Shown piece by piece: positions 10,277-21,610 of a DNA stretch of 36,354 nt. The first letter of the stretch is position 1, and each line of letters opens with the position of its first letter. Both the position numbers and the translations under genes were made by a program. The notes beneath the pieces are model-generated. The model searched no databases. It saw nothing but the letters and a program-made list of their open reading frames with translations, and had not been told where the DNA came from. The DNA is from Octopus bimaculoides (taxonomy: Eukaryota): assembly GCF_001194135.2 (NCBI RefSeq), contig NC_068993.1:13744188-13780541 (forward strand). Reading direction: 5' to 3'.

Positions 10277-10403
10277 CTTTTCTACTATCGGCACAAGGAC
10301 TGAAATTTCGGGGAGGGTGTATAGTCGATCACATCGACCCAGTGCGTAACTGGTAATTAATTTATCGACCCCGGAAGGATTAAAGGTAATGTCGACCTCC
10401 GCA
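10277..10403 (-). mobile_element. SINE family 2, 5'-truncated (core plus 3' end with (ATT)n tail)
   Basis: Reverse complement GCGGAGGTCGACATTACCTTTAATCCTTCCGGGGTCGATAAATTAATTACCAGTTACGCACTGGGTCGATGTGATCGACT...GAAAAGATTATTATT matches the core of 32560-32640. Confidence 0.88.
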
Positions 10404-10437
10404 CTATTAATAATAATAATGATAATAATGATAATAA

Positions 10438-10468
<31 letters not shown>

Positions 10469-10475
10469 GACAATG

Positions 10476-10520
<45 letters not shown>
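10404..10520. repeat. (AAT)n/(AAC)n microsatellite
   Basis: Direct reading. Confidence 0.95.
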
Positions 10521-10541
<21 letters not shown>

Positions 10542-10854
10542 TATATCCTAAGCGCTTATTAGAATGCATACAAAAGGAATATATCATAAAGTTTGCTTCT
10601 ATAGTACGTTCATTGTGGTAACTGGTAGAGTGAACTGCAAAGCCGAGCTCGGTAGCTTTCAAACTCACAGCGCAATGCAGTAATCTTGACATCTGAAAGA
10701 ATATTTCAGATCCTCTGCCGACTCCGTCAAGCGCTATATTTCCTAAATTTTAACATGAAGAAAATATAGTGTAAATATATCATGGTTTGTTAGTCACTGA
10801 AAAGAGCTACAGCCACATTATCTCTCTGTATCTATATATAAATACAAACACACA

Positions 10855-10904
<50 letters not shown>

Positions 10905-10966
10905 CATATGCATATGTGCGTGATGTGTGAGTGTGTGTATGTGTGTGTTTGTGTGTATAAATATAT

Positions 10967-11861
10967 NNNNNNNNNNNNNNNNNNNNNNNNNNNNNNNNNN
11001 NNNNNNNNNNNNNNNNNNNNNNNNNNNNNNNNNNNNNNNNNNNNNNNNNNNNNNNNNNNNNNNNNNNNNNNNNNNNNNNNNNNNNNNNNNNNNNNNNNNN
11101 NNNNNNNNNNNNNNNNNNNNNNNNNNNNNNNNNNNNNNNNNNNNNNNNNNNNNNNNNNNNNNNNNNNNNNNNNNNNNNNNNNNNNNNNNNNNNNNNNNNN
11201 NNNNNNNNNNNNNNNNNNNNNNNNNNNNNNNNNNNNNNNNNNNNNNNNNNNNNNNNNNNNNNNNNNNNNNNNNNNNNNNNNNNNNNNNNNNNNNNNNNNN
11301 NNNNNNNNNNNNNNNNNNNNNNNNNNNNNNNNNNNNNNNNNNNNNNNNNNNNNNNNNNNNNNNNNNNNNNNNNNNNNNNNNNNNNNNNNNNNNNNNNNNN
11401 NNNNNNNNNNNNNNNNNNNNNNNNNNNNNNNNNNNNNNNNNNNNNNNNNNNNNNNNNNNNNNNNNNNNNNNNNNNNNNNNNNNNNNNNNNNNNNNNNNNN
11501 NNNNNNNNNNNNNNNNNNNNNNNNNNNNNNNNNNNNNNNNNNNNNNNNNNNNNNNNNNNNNNNNNNNNNNNNNNNNNNNNNNNNNNNNNNNNNNNNNNNN
11601 NNNNNNNNNNNNNNNNNNNNNNNNNNNNNNNNNNNNNNNNNNNNNNNNNNNNNNNNNNNNNNNNNNNNNNNNNNNNNNNNNNNNNNNNNNNNNNNNNNNN
11701 NNNNNNNNNNNNNNNNNNNNNNNNNNNNNNNNNNNNNNNNNNNNNNNNNNNNNNNNNNNNNNNNNNNNNNNNNNNNNNNNNNNNNNNNNNNNNNNNNNNN
11801 NNNNNNNNNNNNNNNNNNNNNNNNNNNNNNNNNNNNNNNNNNNNNNNNNNNNNNNNNNNNN
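10967..11861. other. Assembly gap (N-run)
   Basis: N-run with TA-rich flanks. Confidence 1.
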
Positions 11862-12509
11862 TATATATATATATATATGTATACATATATGTACGCGTAA
11901 ATATGTATGTTCGTGTATGTACGTACATATGCGTATATGTATATGTATATACAGAGAGAAATTTACAGATACACACACACGTGAGTGTGTGTGCCTGTGT
12001 GTGCGTGTGTGTGTGTGTGTGTACGTGAATATATAAAATAAATGAAACTATATATAGTAGAAACGTGAGACTGGTAGAATTGTTTTACATTCTTGACAAA
12101 CATATATAATTTTATATAATGTGATTATTTCGGTACTGTTGATGATGATGTTGGTGACAATATCGATCATGAAGATAACTGAAAGACCTTGACACATCTT
12201 CCATCTAAATGGTAATTTGAATCGAAAACTATAAATGTATTCTCGCGAATATTTTTCTTTAGAAATTTCACGCGGGTAATTTTACACGCAACGCATACGT
12301 GTTATTAATAGATATATACATTATATTCGTTCGATTAAGACTTGCTAGACGTTAGTGAAATGTCACTTGAAGTAGTTACACAAGGTTACCAAACAAGTAT
12401 CTGATCACTAATACCTAATCGATACTCAGATAATTACAGAGTTCTAAATGATATTATTGTTAAGAGTTTGTTTGAGCGTTGCGCGACCACCCAGCCGTAC
12501 ATAGACCTG

Positions 12510-12789
12510 CTCGCATACACACATACATACACATATACAAACATACATACATACATACATACACATATGTGTGTATGTATGTATTTACGTATGTAGGAAG
12601 GTATTGATAGGTAAATATACAGATAGACATATACATACATACATACATACATACATACATACACGCACATATATATATATATATATACACACACATATAT
12701 ACACATGTATATGTGTGTATGAACATATACACCTATGTATATATATATGTGTGTATGTGTGTGTGTGTGTATGGTGTGCGTACCTGTAT

Positions 12790-12884
<95 letters not shown>

Positions 12885-12890
12885 CATATA
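12510..12890. repeat. (TACA)n/(TA)n/(TG)n/(CA)n microsatellite block
   Basis: Direct reading; includes a pure (CA)n run of about 75 bp at 12791-12866. Confidence 0.95.
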
Positions 12891-13623
12891 AACTAAAAGA
12901 TGGGAAATGCATACAGTTTACGTAGTTTTGATATATTTTAGATGAAAGAGCATTGTTGTTGTCGATCGGTTTCGCTTCCGCTAATCATGACATCATTGTA
13001 ATTTCGTATATTTTTAAAGAAGACTTTAATCTATGTTCTTTTACGAAAATTTGTGAATGAATCAACAAGGAGAAAAATCTAAGTGGAGATAATTGTGTGA
13101 TAGTTATAACTCGTGACAGGGGAGGTAATTGCTCGTTTTTGGAGTGGGATAAATAAACATACAAAGACACAAAAGCTTAAGAAGTGAGATGAACTATTTT
13201 CTGTGATGGGTGTGATCATGTATCAAAATATATACTTTCTTATCATCTTACAAGTGGAATAATTCGCGTTACTCACAATCTTTCAATTTTGTGTTGTTAA
13301 AGCCTGCCTACATGACTGTAGAGTTGGGACGCTTTACTGACTAATTCTTTAATTGATGATAGCTTTGATATTAGCCTTACACCTCCAAAAATCCTGTCTA
13401 CAGAGCTGTAATGGTAGTCATGGTGGATTAAAGTGTTTCTTAAAACTGAAGGATATTTTCGTAAAGTTATAATTTTATGTTTGAAATCATTTTGCTTTTT
13501 GATGTCCCCCAACACAAAAATATTCCTGAATTACTTTGCATGGGGGATTGAGGAAAATTATCATCTCATCATGACTCTGATATATTCATACATACATACA
13601 TACACACGCACACGCACACTAAT

Positions 13624-13700
<77 letters not shown>

Positions 13701-14912
13701 GCATCAATGTATGCGGTCTCTAATTGTTCAGAGAATAAATATGGATTAATTTTAGGTGTCAGCAATTCAAACTTCAGTGATAATTGTCCATTAAATATCG
13801 CCTGTTGTTGCAGTAAACAACAAAACGCCAAGCGTATGATGCTAAATCTATTTCGCAATGAATACAGAAGTGGTCATATAGACATAATTATCTTTCAATT
13901 AAGTAGGAGAATATAAAACAAGTCTACCATCAACTCAAATAAATTGAAAGACATTTTATAGTTCACTAAAAAGAAACTCAAACAAATGCGCACAATAAAA
14001 CAGGGGGAAATGGTTTGATGATTATGAAACATAATATATATTTCATCAACGCTAACAATTGATTAGTCTCAGTCTTCTATTATAAAGAATTCAAAACTCA
14101 TATATCATTTTCTTAGTTAGAAGTATGATACTCGCTAAAATATTATTGATACATCCAACAGGAAGTTTGAAAGTACGTCTGAAAAATCATTGTTAGCGAA
14201 AGTAGAAACACCTTTGTAGTTATACTAACAAAGTATAGCAATACTAGGATCACTGCACAAAAAAATGAATTTGACATATAAATTTCCCAGCGTCATGTGA
14301 CATAGCACGTGACAGAAACCAAACAGGGCACGAGTTTTTGTACTTGTACAGTTGACATTACTTAGCCAAGCTTGAGAGTTTGGTTGCATTATGTATACAC
14401 TGAATGAATTAAAATAACATAAAATTAAAACGAATATTTAAATACAGATATATTAATATCCTGAAAGTAATAACAGAGAAGAAATATGGAAAATAAATTT
14501 GGAAGAACAAAAACTGTCCTCAATAAACCGACAAAAGAATATAAAAAGAGCGCTGAAGCATTGCCCTTGATATGTATTGGTCAAATTGAATGTCAAATAA
14601 AATTGAAACAGGAAGTAACAACAACCAATATTCATTTGAATTTAGGGAAAACAAACGACATTATAGAGTGTTTTCAAAATGTAATTCTGATATTTGAAGT
14701 TGAACAAATGATGCATGATTTTTTCAATGACAATTGATATGCCTTTCTGTGCGTTTCTAATGGCACATTAACGTTAAATTCACTAACATTAAAACATTAA
14801 CGGACCATTTCCTTAAATTTCAATAACGGTTATGCGTTACAATGGCATAGAGGCACAAAATATAGTACCTATGGGTACACATATACATGTATGTATATAT
14901 ATATATATATAT

Positions 14913-15312
14913 NNNNNNNNNNNNNNNNNNNNNNNNNNNNNNNNNNNNNNNNNNNNNNNNNNNNNNNNNNNNNNNNNNNNNNNNNNNNNNNNNNNNNNNN
15001 NNNNNNNNNNNNNNNNNNNNNNNNNNNNNNNNNNNNNNNNNNNNNNNNNNNNNNNNNNNNNNNNNNNNNNNNNNNNNNNNNNNNNNNNNNNNNNNNNNNN
15101 NNNNNNNNNNNNNNNNNNNNNNNNNNNNNNNNNNNNNNNNNNNNNNNNNNNNNNNNNNNNNNNNNNNNNNNNNNNNNNNNNNNNNNNNNNNNNNNNNNNN
15201 NNNNNNNNNNNNNNNNNNNNNNNNNNNNNNNNNNNNNNNNNNNNNNNNNNNNNNNNNNNNNNNNNNNNNNNNNNNNNNNNNNNNNNNNNNNNNNNNNNNN
15301 NNNNNNNNNNNN
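14913..15312. other. Assembly gap (N-run)
   Basis: N-run, (TA)n on both sides. Confidence 1.
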
Positions 15313-16643
15313 TATATATATATGCATGTATTGAGATGTATTGTTAGAAGCTTGACAGATTTCCGATATTCAGTTTCACATTTCCGATTGTACTAAAGAT
15401 TTACTTGGATTCTCAGAGCGGCAATATGCAAAAGAAAATATTCAAAAACAGAGGAAGCTATCATTGGAGAAACCTCCATAATTTAATGAGTTCTTATCAT
15501 ATGCTAAAATTATTTGATATTTAAAATATTCATTAACCGATGCTAAATACACGATGTATTTAATGTTTGAATCGCATTTGTAAAATACACCTGTGCAAGG
15601 AAAGTATCGTGTATTATGATATATTAAAGTCATTGAATGCACGAAGGTTTCTGGTGTGCCATTTTTTGTGATAAGACAAATCCATATATAATGAGTTGAA
15701 ACCTGAAATTGAAATGTTTGCTGAACATTATAAATTATTGAAATATAATTCTATATTTTCCTCGGAGGCTGTGATTGCAGCCTCTGAAAAGTTGCTATCG
15801 TGAAACCCAGTTTGTATTTTAAAATTATAATTTAAAAACTCAATATCATAATCCTTTATAAACAAAATATATTTGGATAATAGATGGACTTACTTGAATT
15901 GCTGAATATATATACTGATCCCACACCTAGCACGGTGTCTGTGGTATACGGAAAAACCAACCAATTTTGCATGCAGAAGTAACTTCGACTGGTTGACATG
16001 AATTCACCCAAGCCTTGTCCTACCCATGGCCTACAGTGAGCTCTCTTGTCTGCTTGCACTCTCTATGGATACGATATAGTTGTTGCATTTCCGAGTTGTT
16101 TGGTCCCCTTTAAACCTACGTAGGAATGTTTCACTTAATGTAGTGCCCTCCGCGTATCATCCATGTTTTGTCTGACCCTTACATTTCACCCTAGTTAGTA
16201 TTCGCAGTCATCTTCAAGATATCTTCGGAATTCTGTCTTTGCACGTATCTATTTTATGAATCGCAACGCGTTCACGGAATCTAAACGAGCTAGCGGCTCC
16301 GTCATTTCAAGCAGGATCGATGCATTTATCAGTGGACTTATCGATAAACATCGATGCATTCATGAACCACAGTGCCACCGGATGAGGTTTATGTATTTCA
16401 GTAGAGATATTGTCCGTACATGTTACAACATTCAAATCTGGGTCTACCGGATGTAATTAAAAATGCGAACTATACTACACTAACCACGAAGCATTGTACG
16501 CAGAATTAATAACAAAGAATTATATAAGACAAAATTCCACAGCCTATGCTTTTCAAAAGGCACCACAATCCCGTTATATGAAATTAGATATTTTAAAGAA
16601 ACAATATATCATGTTGCTTTGAGAATCCGGAATGTAACAAAAC

Positions 16644-16681
<38 letters not shown>

Positions 16682-17072
16682 AAAAAAATGATGCAGTTGG
16701 TTGTTTTATAATGCAGAAATTTTGCTAGTAATATTAACTATGCATGGAAAAGAAATGATACAAACACAAAACACGGGACGGTCTCATTTCTAGAGTGAAA
16801 GAAAACCATGATAGCTATAAATACATAAAATACAAAAACAGTATTCAAATTGAAGCATTATGTATGATCTTCATTTTCATGCATGTAATTTTCTATGTTG
16901 TTGCTTCATTTGTATATAATCATAGCATATAAGATGTCAAATAATTATATGACAACACATTGTGTTAGAATAGTGTAATTGTCTTAAATCCACCTCAAAC
17001 ATGTTTCTTACTGCTTTTATCGACTTCATACAAATGAATAACAATGTGAAGCTTGGAATTTTCTTATAATTA

Positions 17073-17360
17073 ATGACCCAGACAGAGTCGAGCACACACA
17101 AATACAAACATGATAAAGATCAAACATCATTATTTCATACTCAGAGTAAATAAGTCAAAATATACCGTACATACAAAATATTTGAAAAATTGATAAAAGT
17201 GAACACAGTCTACGAGATGACGATTCAGAGACGTGGAGATTATAGAAAATCGCCCATGCATTATTGCTAAAGACGGCTAGGAAAATAACTGTCTCCTAAT
17301 AGATTTATCAATACCAATAGATGACAATACATCTACGAACGAAATAGAGAAACTTTCAAT
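17073..17360 (+). mobile_element. RLE-type (R4/Dong-like) non-LTR element, old endonuclease-domain fragment
   Basis: 17221-17358 translates RFRDVEIIENRPCIIAKDG*ENNCLLIDLSIPIDDNTSTNEIEKLS, matching the TDREIxxNRPDI..KD......LLIDxSIP.D.N...KE.EKLSKY pattern. Upstream TQTE...HDK resembles the post-CCHC segment. Confidence 0.75.
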
Positions 17361-17657
17361 ATAAAAATGCAGAGATAACAAGTAAGTCGTTATTAAAAAT
17401 ACAGAAGCACTCTCGATAGTATTATACGTTGAGTGTATGGTGAAGTTGAACAGACTGGTAGGAACATATAAATTGAAAAGACAGCTTTATACACGCACAC
17501 AACATACAGAAAGAAGGAAGTCAAGGCACTCCTTGTATATACAATACTTTTAGTTCGACAAAAGAACAAACAAACTAATAGACGTCTTGTACATAAAACA
17601 AAGAGTAACACTCGGTTGGGGAGTAAATGTGTATCGTGAAAATAGGTAGGCTAAATA

Positions 17658-17670
17658 CAACAACAACAAC

Positions 17671-17746
<76 letters not shown>

Positions 17747-17810
17747 GTAATAATAATAATAATAGTAATGCTGATCATGATGATGATGAGGATGAAGATA
17801 ATAATAATAG

Positions 17811-17870
<60 letters not shown>
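17658..17870. repeat. (AAC)n then (AAT)n microsatellite, about 210 bp
   Basis: Direct reading; brief GAT interruption. Confidence 0.97.
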
Positions 17871-17871
<1 letters not shown>

Positions 17872-18342
17872 TAAGTATGAGGTCATGGAGAACCACACTG
17901 ACTTTGAACAGTGACAATAAATCCCTTAACGCTGGAGATGTAAACATTTCACGTGGCATTTTCCAGTGTAAGTCTCTATCACAATTCCTCTTTTGCCAAG
18001 CCTTAATACCTCTCTCGAAATTGCTCAATGATGCACAGTATGGTTATAAAATATTTGATAAAAATATAAATCATTTCATTTGCATGGATGATTTAAAGCT
18101 CTTTGCAAAGAAAGACCAACAACTACAGGGCTTACTAGCGATTGTTAAACAATTCAGTGATGACAGCAGGATGCAATTTGGCCTCGAGAAATGTACAAAA
18201 GCTACATTTATCAAAGGGAAACTGACAGAAGTATCTAACGTTAACCTTGACCAGCAGAATGTCACAAAGGAGGTAGAACCAACGGACAACTACAAATACT
18301 TAGGGCTATTTGAAGGGGACGGAATCAAACATTCAGTGATGA
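17871..18342 (+). mobile_element. RLE-type (R4/Dong-like) non-LTR reverse-transcriptase fragment, uninterrupted frame
   Basis: VSMRSWRTTLTL...ISRGIFQCKSLSQFLFCQALIPLSKLL (RGIFQGDSLSPLLF-like), NHFICMDDLKLFAK (HLLYMDDLKL-like), FSDDSRMQFGLEKC, YKYLGLFEGDGI. Begins on the first base after (AAT)n. Confidence 0.9.
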
Positions 18343-18942
18343 GCATGCGTGTGCATCCCGTGGAGGTATGGGTACAGAAATCAACTTGAGCTGCGTTTCT
18401 GGCATTCGTAATTTGGATGCATCGGGTAGGACCCGATTGTCAGCAGCGCAGAGAGAACAAGCTATCGGTCGATTGCAAACAGAGCAGGTTGTTGAGAAAG
18501 CTTACAAAGTTCATGTCAGCATCATGAATCGCCTGCAACAGCGATACAACAACACCAACAGTACTGCAGACCATGCCTGCAAAGGGTCTCAATGTTGACA
18601 ATTCATTTGGAACTGGACGCAGCTTTTGTAAGGGTGTGGGCAAAAGCACTAATGGCATTTCTGAAACACTAATGGCATTTCTGAAACACCCCATGCACTC
18701 CATGTACCAACGGTGTATGGCCGTTTTGAACACCTAGGAGGGCATAGAAAATTTCACACCCTACAATCTCGATATGTTGGATCTGCCCACTACCAGAACG
18801 CATGAAATCGACACATAGACTGGTGAAAGTGTATCCAAGAAATTGACTTTATCAGATTAATCAAAATTTATCTCTGACATAATGACGTTAAAGCATATTT
18901 CACAGTCACATAGGTTTAGCGTTTCTTTTGCAGTTCAGTGTA
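18343..18942 (+). mobile_element. Tc1-like DNA transposon remnant (HTH N-terminus, C-terminus, right TIR; DDE domain and left TIR absent)
   Basis: 18434-18585 reads RLSAAQREQAIGRLQ..VVEKAYKVHVSIMNRLQQRYNNTNSTADH (Tc1/Tc3 paired-like HTH). 18610-18750 reads ELDAAFVRVW..MHSMYQRCMAVLN..GGH (SMxxRCxAV..xGGH C-terminus). The end GCGTTTCTTTTGCAGTTCAGTG-TA has reverse complement TA-CACTGAACTGCAAAAGAAACGC, a Tc1-type TIR start. A 20-bp tandem duplication lies at 18647-18686. Confidence 0.8.
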
Positions 18943-18967
18943 TATATATATATATATATATATATAT

Positions 18968-19561
18968 NNNNNNNNNNNNNNNNNNNNNNNNNNNNNNNNN
19001 NNNNNNNNNNNNNNNNNNNNNNNNNNNNNNNNNNNNNNNNNNNNNNNNNNNNNNNNNNNNNNNNNNNNNNNNNNNNNNNNNNNNNNNNNNNNNNNNNNNN
19101 NNNNNNNNNNNNNNNNNNNNNNNNNNNNNNNNNNNNNNNNNNNNNNNNNNNNNNNNNNNNNNNNNNNNNNNNNNNNNNNNNNNNNNNNNNNNNNNNNNNN
19201 NNNNNNNNNNNNNNNNNNNNNNNNNNNNNNNNNNNNNNNNNNNNNNNNNNNNNNNNNNNNNNNNNNNNNNNNNNNNNNNNNNNNNNNNNNNNNNNNNNNN
19301 NNNNNNNNNNNNNNNNNNNNNNNNNNNNNNNNNNNNNNNNNNNNNNNNNNNNNNNNNNNNNNNNNNNNNNNNNNNNNNNNNNNNNNNNNNNNNNNNNNNN
19401 NNNNNNNNNNNNNNNNNNNNNNNNNNNNNNNNNNNNNNNNNNNNNNNNNNNNNNNNNNNNNNNNNNNNNNNNNNNNNNNNNNNNNNNNNNNNNNNNNNNN
19501 NNNNNNNNNNNNNNNNNNNNNNNNNNNNNNNNNNNNNNNNNNNNNNNNNNNNNNNNNNNNN
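18968..19561. other. Assembly gap (N-run)
   Basis: N-run after (TA)n. Confidence 1.
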
Positions 19562-20004
19562 ATAACTACGAAAGAAACATTAATACATGTCCATGGGCGG
19601 TGTTCAGTTAAACATGTAGACGCTGTAAAAACGAAGCTATAACAAAACCAATCTAAAGAAAAGAGAAAGAACGGTGGACTGATAACCATGACTACTATAG
19701 AAATAGTTGATTTATGATTTACACACTACTGCCTGCAACACTACTCCAAACACATACAGGAATCGCGTAAACACTCGACAAAATGAACAAAGCCCGCAAC
19801 ATGTGCCATAGAAGACCGAGATCCACCGAAGAACACAACCTGCGCTGCACAAACTACACACAATACGAAAACTAATACTACAGGAAACTCAAACGAAACC
19901 CCATAACAAAACATACTGATACAATACAATATCCCCCTCGCCACCAAAAAATGCAACACACACCACCCCACTAGTACAAAGATGCAACAACTGATACAAT
20001 GAAC

Positions 20005-20136
20005 AAGTTAGGAAACACAAGATGCAGATCTTCCCTCGAGAAAAGATACTTAGTCAAAGAGAAAGTATTTGGATCAGTAATAGAAGAGTTGAAACACCGT
20101 ATGGTAGCAGTAGTAGGTAAGCTCTCCTTATATCAG
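20005..20136 (+). mobile_element. RLE-type non-LTR element, pre-RT N-terminal fragment
   Basis: KLGNTRCRSSLEKRYLVKEKVFGSVIEELKHRMVAVVGKLSLYQ resembles the LE.KY..K.KG...VIEELKQR..A...K..RYQ segment found upstream of the RT in R4/Dong-like ORFs (from memory). Confidence 0.6.
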
Positions 20137-21268
20137 ATATCGCTACTAACCCTATAGATTATGTGAGACAGAACAGAGGAGATTTTATGGAGCGAAGTAC
20201 TGAGGATGAGAAACCTAATGCATATGTGTTGTAAGTGAATGAAACACATTAGTTATTGAGATGAGCATTTCCTGCAAGATGCATCTATACGCGTCTTTGC
20301 AAGTTGTATACTTGAACAAGCCGACCCTTCCGATGAAGTCGCTCTCGGATAATGTTTGTCGTTTGGGTAAAATAGCATCTAGTCTTACATTAATCACATT
20401 GTCTTTCATGTTGTCAACGTTATGTGGGCGAAATTTGAGGGAGACGTGTTACCCATAACGTTTTGCGATTTTATCCAAATGTATTCTCTCATGAGCGTTC
20501 ATATTATAGATGGTTATTTATGAGGATGATACATGAACACTGACCTTTACTCAACAACAAGCGGGGAAATCAAAATACGAAGAAGCAGAATATAGATAAA
20601 TTACATACCTAGATGTTCTTTTTTCAGAGAAGGAAGTAATATAAGGGACTGCAATGAAACATAATTGCATTAAAATAAATTAGATTAAAAACATTAATAT
20701 TCTCTTCAATTTACTGTAGCAGCCTGGAAGGTATAGTTGGCCAAATAAACATGTTTTGGCAAGATGGCGGGTGCGTTGACCAAAACAGTTATTCAGCAAT
20801 GATAAGATGTCTACTTTCCCTTTTGATTGTTAACTGGTCCTATTGGTATATGTATATATATAACGTGAGATCAAACGAGAAATAATCAGCAAACGTCGTA
20901 TTTTTTTAGGGACAGATCAAACATTTGTAGAAGGGGAAACAGTTGGGGACGAGTTTTGATAAGAATTGTAAACAATTCACTAGATATATTAGGATGAAGG
21001 TTGATAGTGACAACTATGTCATGCGTGTAATAAAGAAGGAAAATTGGTAATGCTATAGCGTTCTTCTTGATAAAATGCCAATTAGATCAGTGAAAGAACG
21101 AAGAGTATATAAATATTTAAGTGTGCATCAGGGTAATGAAACAAAACAGGAGGAAAATGAAATATACTTTTGGAGATGAATGCTTATGAAATGATGAAAT
21201 GTCATGGTGAACTTTAAAATAACTAAGTTGATCAACGGAATAATAAAATAAAAAAAAATCATGTATAT

Positions 21269-21521
21269 NNNNNNNNNNNNNNNNNNNNNNNNNNNNNNNN
21301 NNNNNNNNNNNNNNNNNNNNNNNNNNNNNNNNNNNNNNNNNNNNNNNNNNNNNNNNNNNNNNNNNNNNNNNNNNNNNNNNNNNNNNNNNNNNNNNNNNNN
21401 NNNNNNNNNNNNNNNNNNNNNNNNNNNNNNNNNNNNNNNNNNNNNNNNNNNNNNNNNNNNNNNNNNNNNNNNNNNNNNNNNNNNNNNNNNNNNNNNNNNN
21501 NNNNNNNNNNNNNNNNNNNNN
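21269..21521. other. Assembly gap (N-run)
   Basis: N-run, TA-rich flanks. Confidence 1.
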
Positions 21522-21547
21522 NTATATATATATATATGTACATACAC

Positions 21548-21610
21548 ATATTTTTTTCCGCCCTTCTAAAACCTAGCCAAGCTTATGGGCCCGGTTTCCC
21601 GGTTTCTATG
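21548..21610 (-). mobile_element. Possible SINE 3' fragment
   Basis: Reverse complement GAAACCGGGAAACCGGGCCCATAAGCTTGGCTAGGTTTTAGAAGGGCG followed by an A-rich stretch; resembles an Octopus repeat terminus from memory only. Confidence 0.35.

Noticed and set aside
15856-16077. Minus-strand ORF (CRPWVGQG...) ending at a CAA|GTAAGT donor
   Set aside because: No good acceptor and no domain match I can justify.
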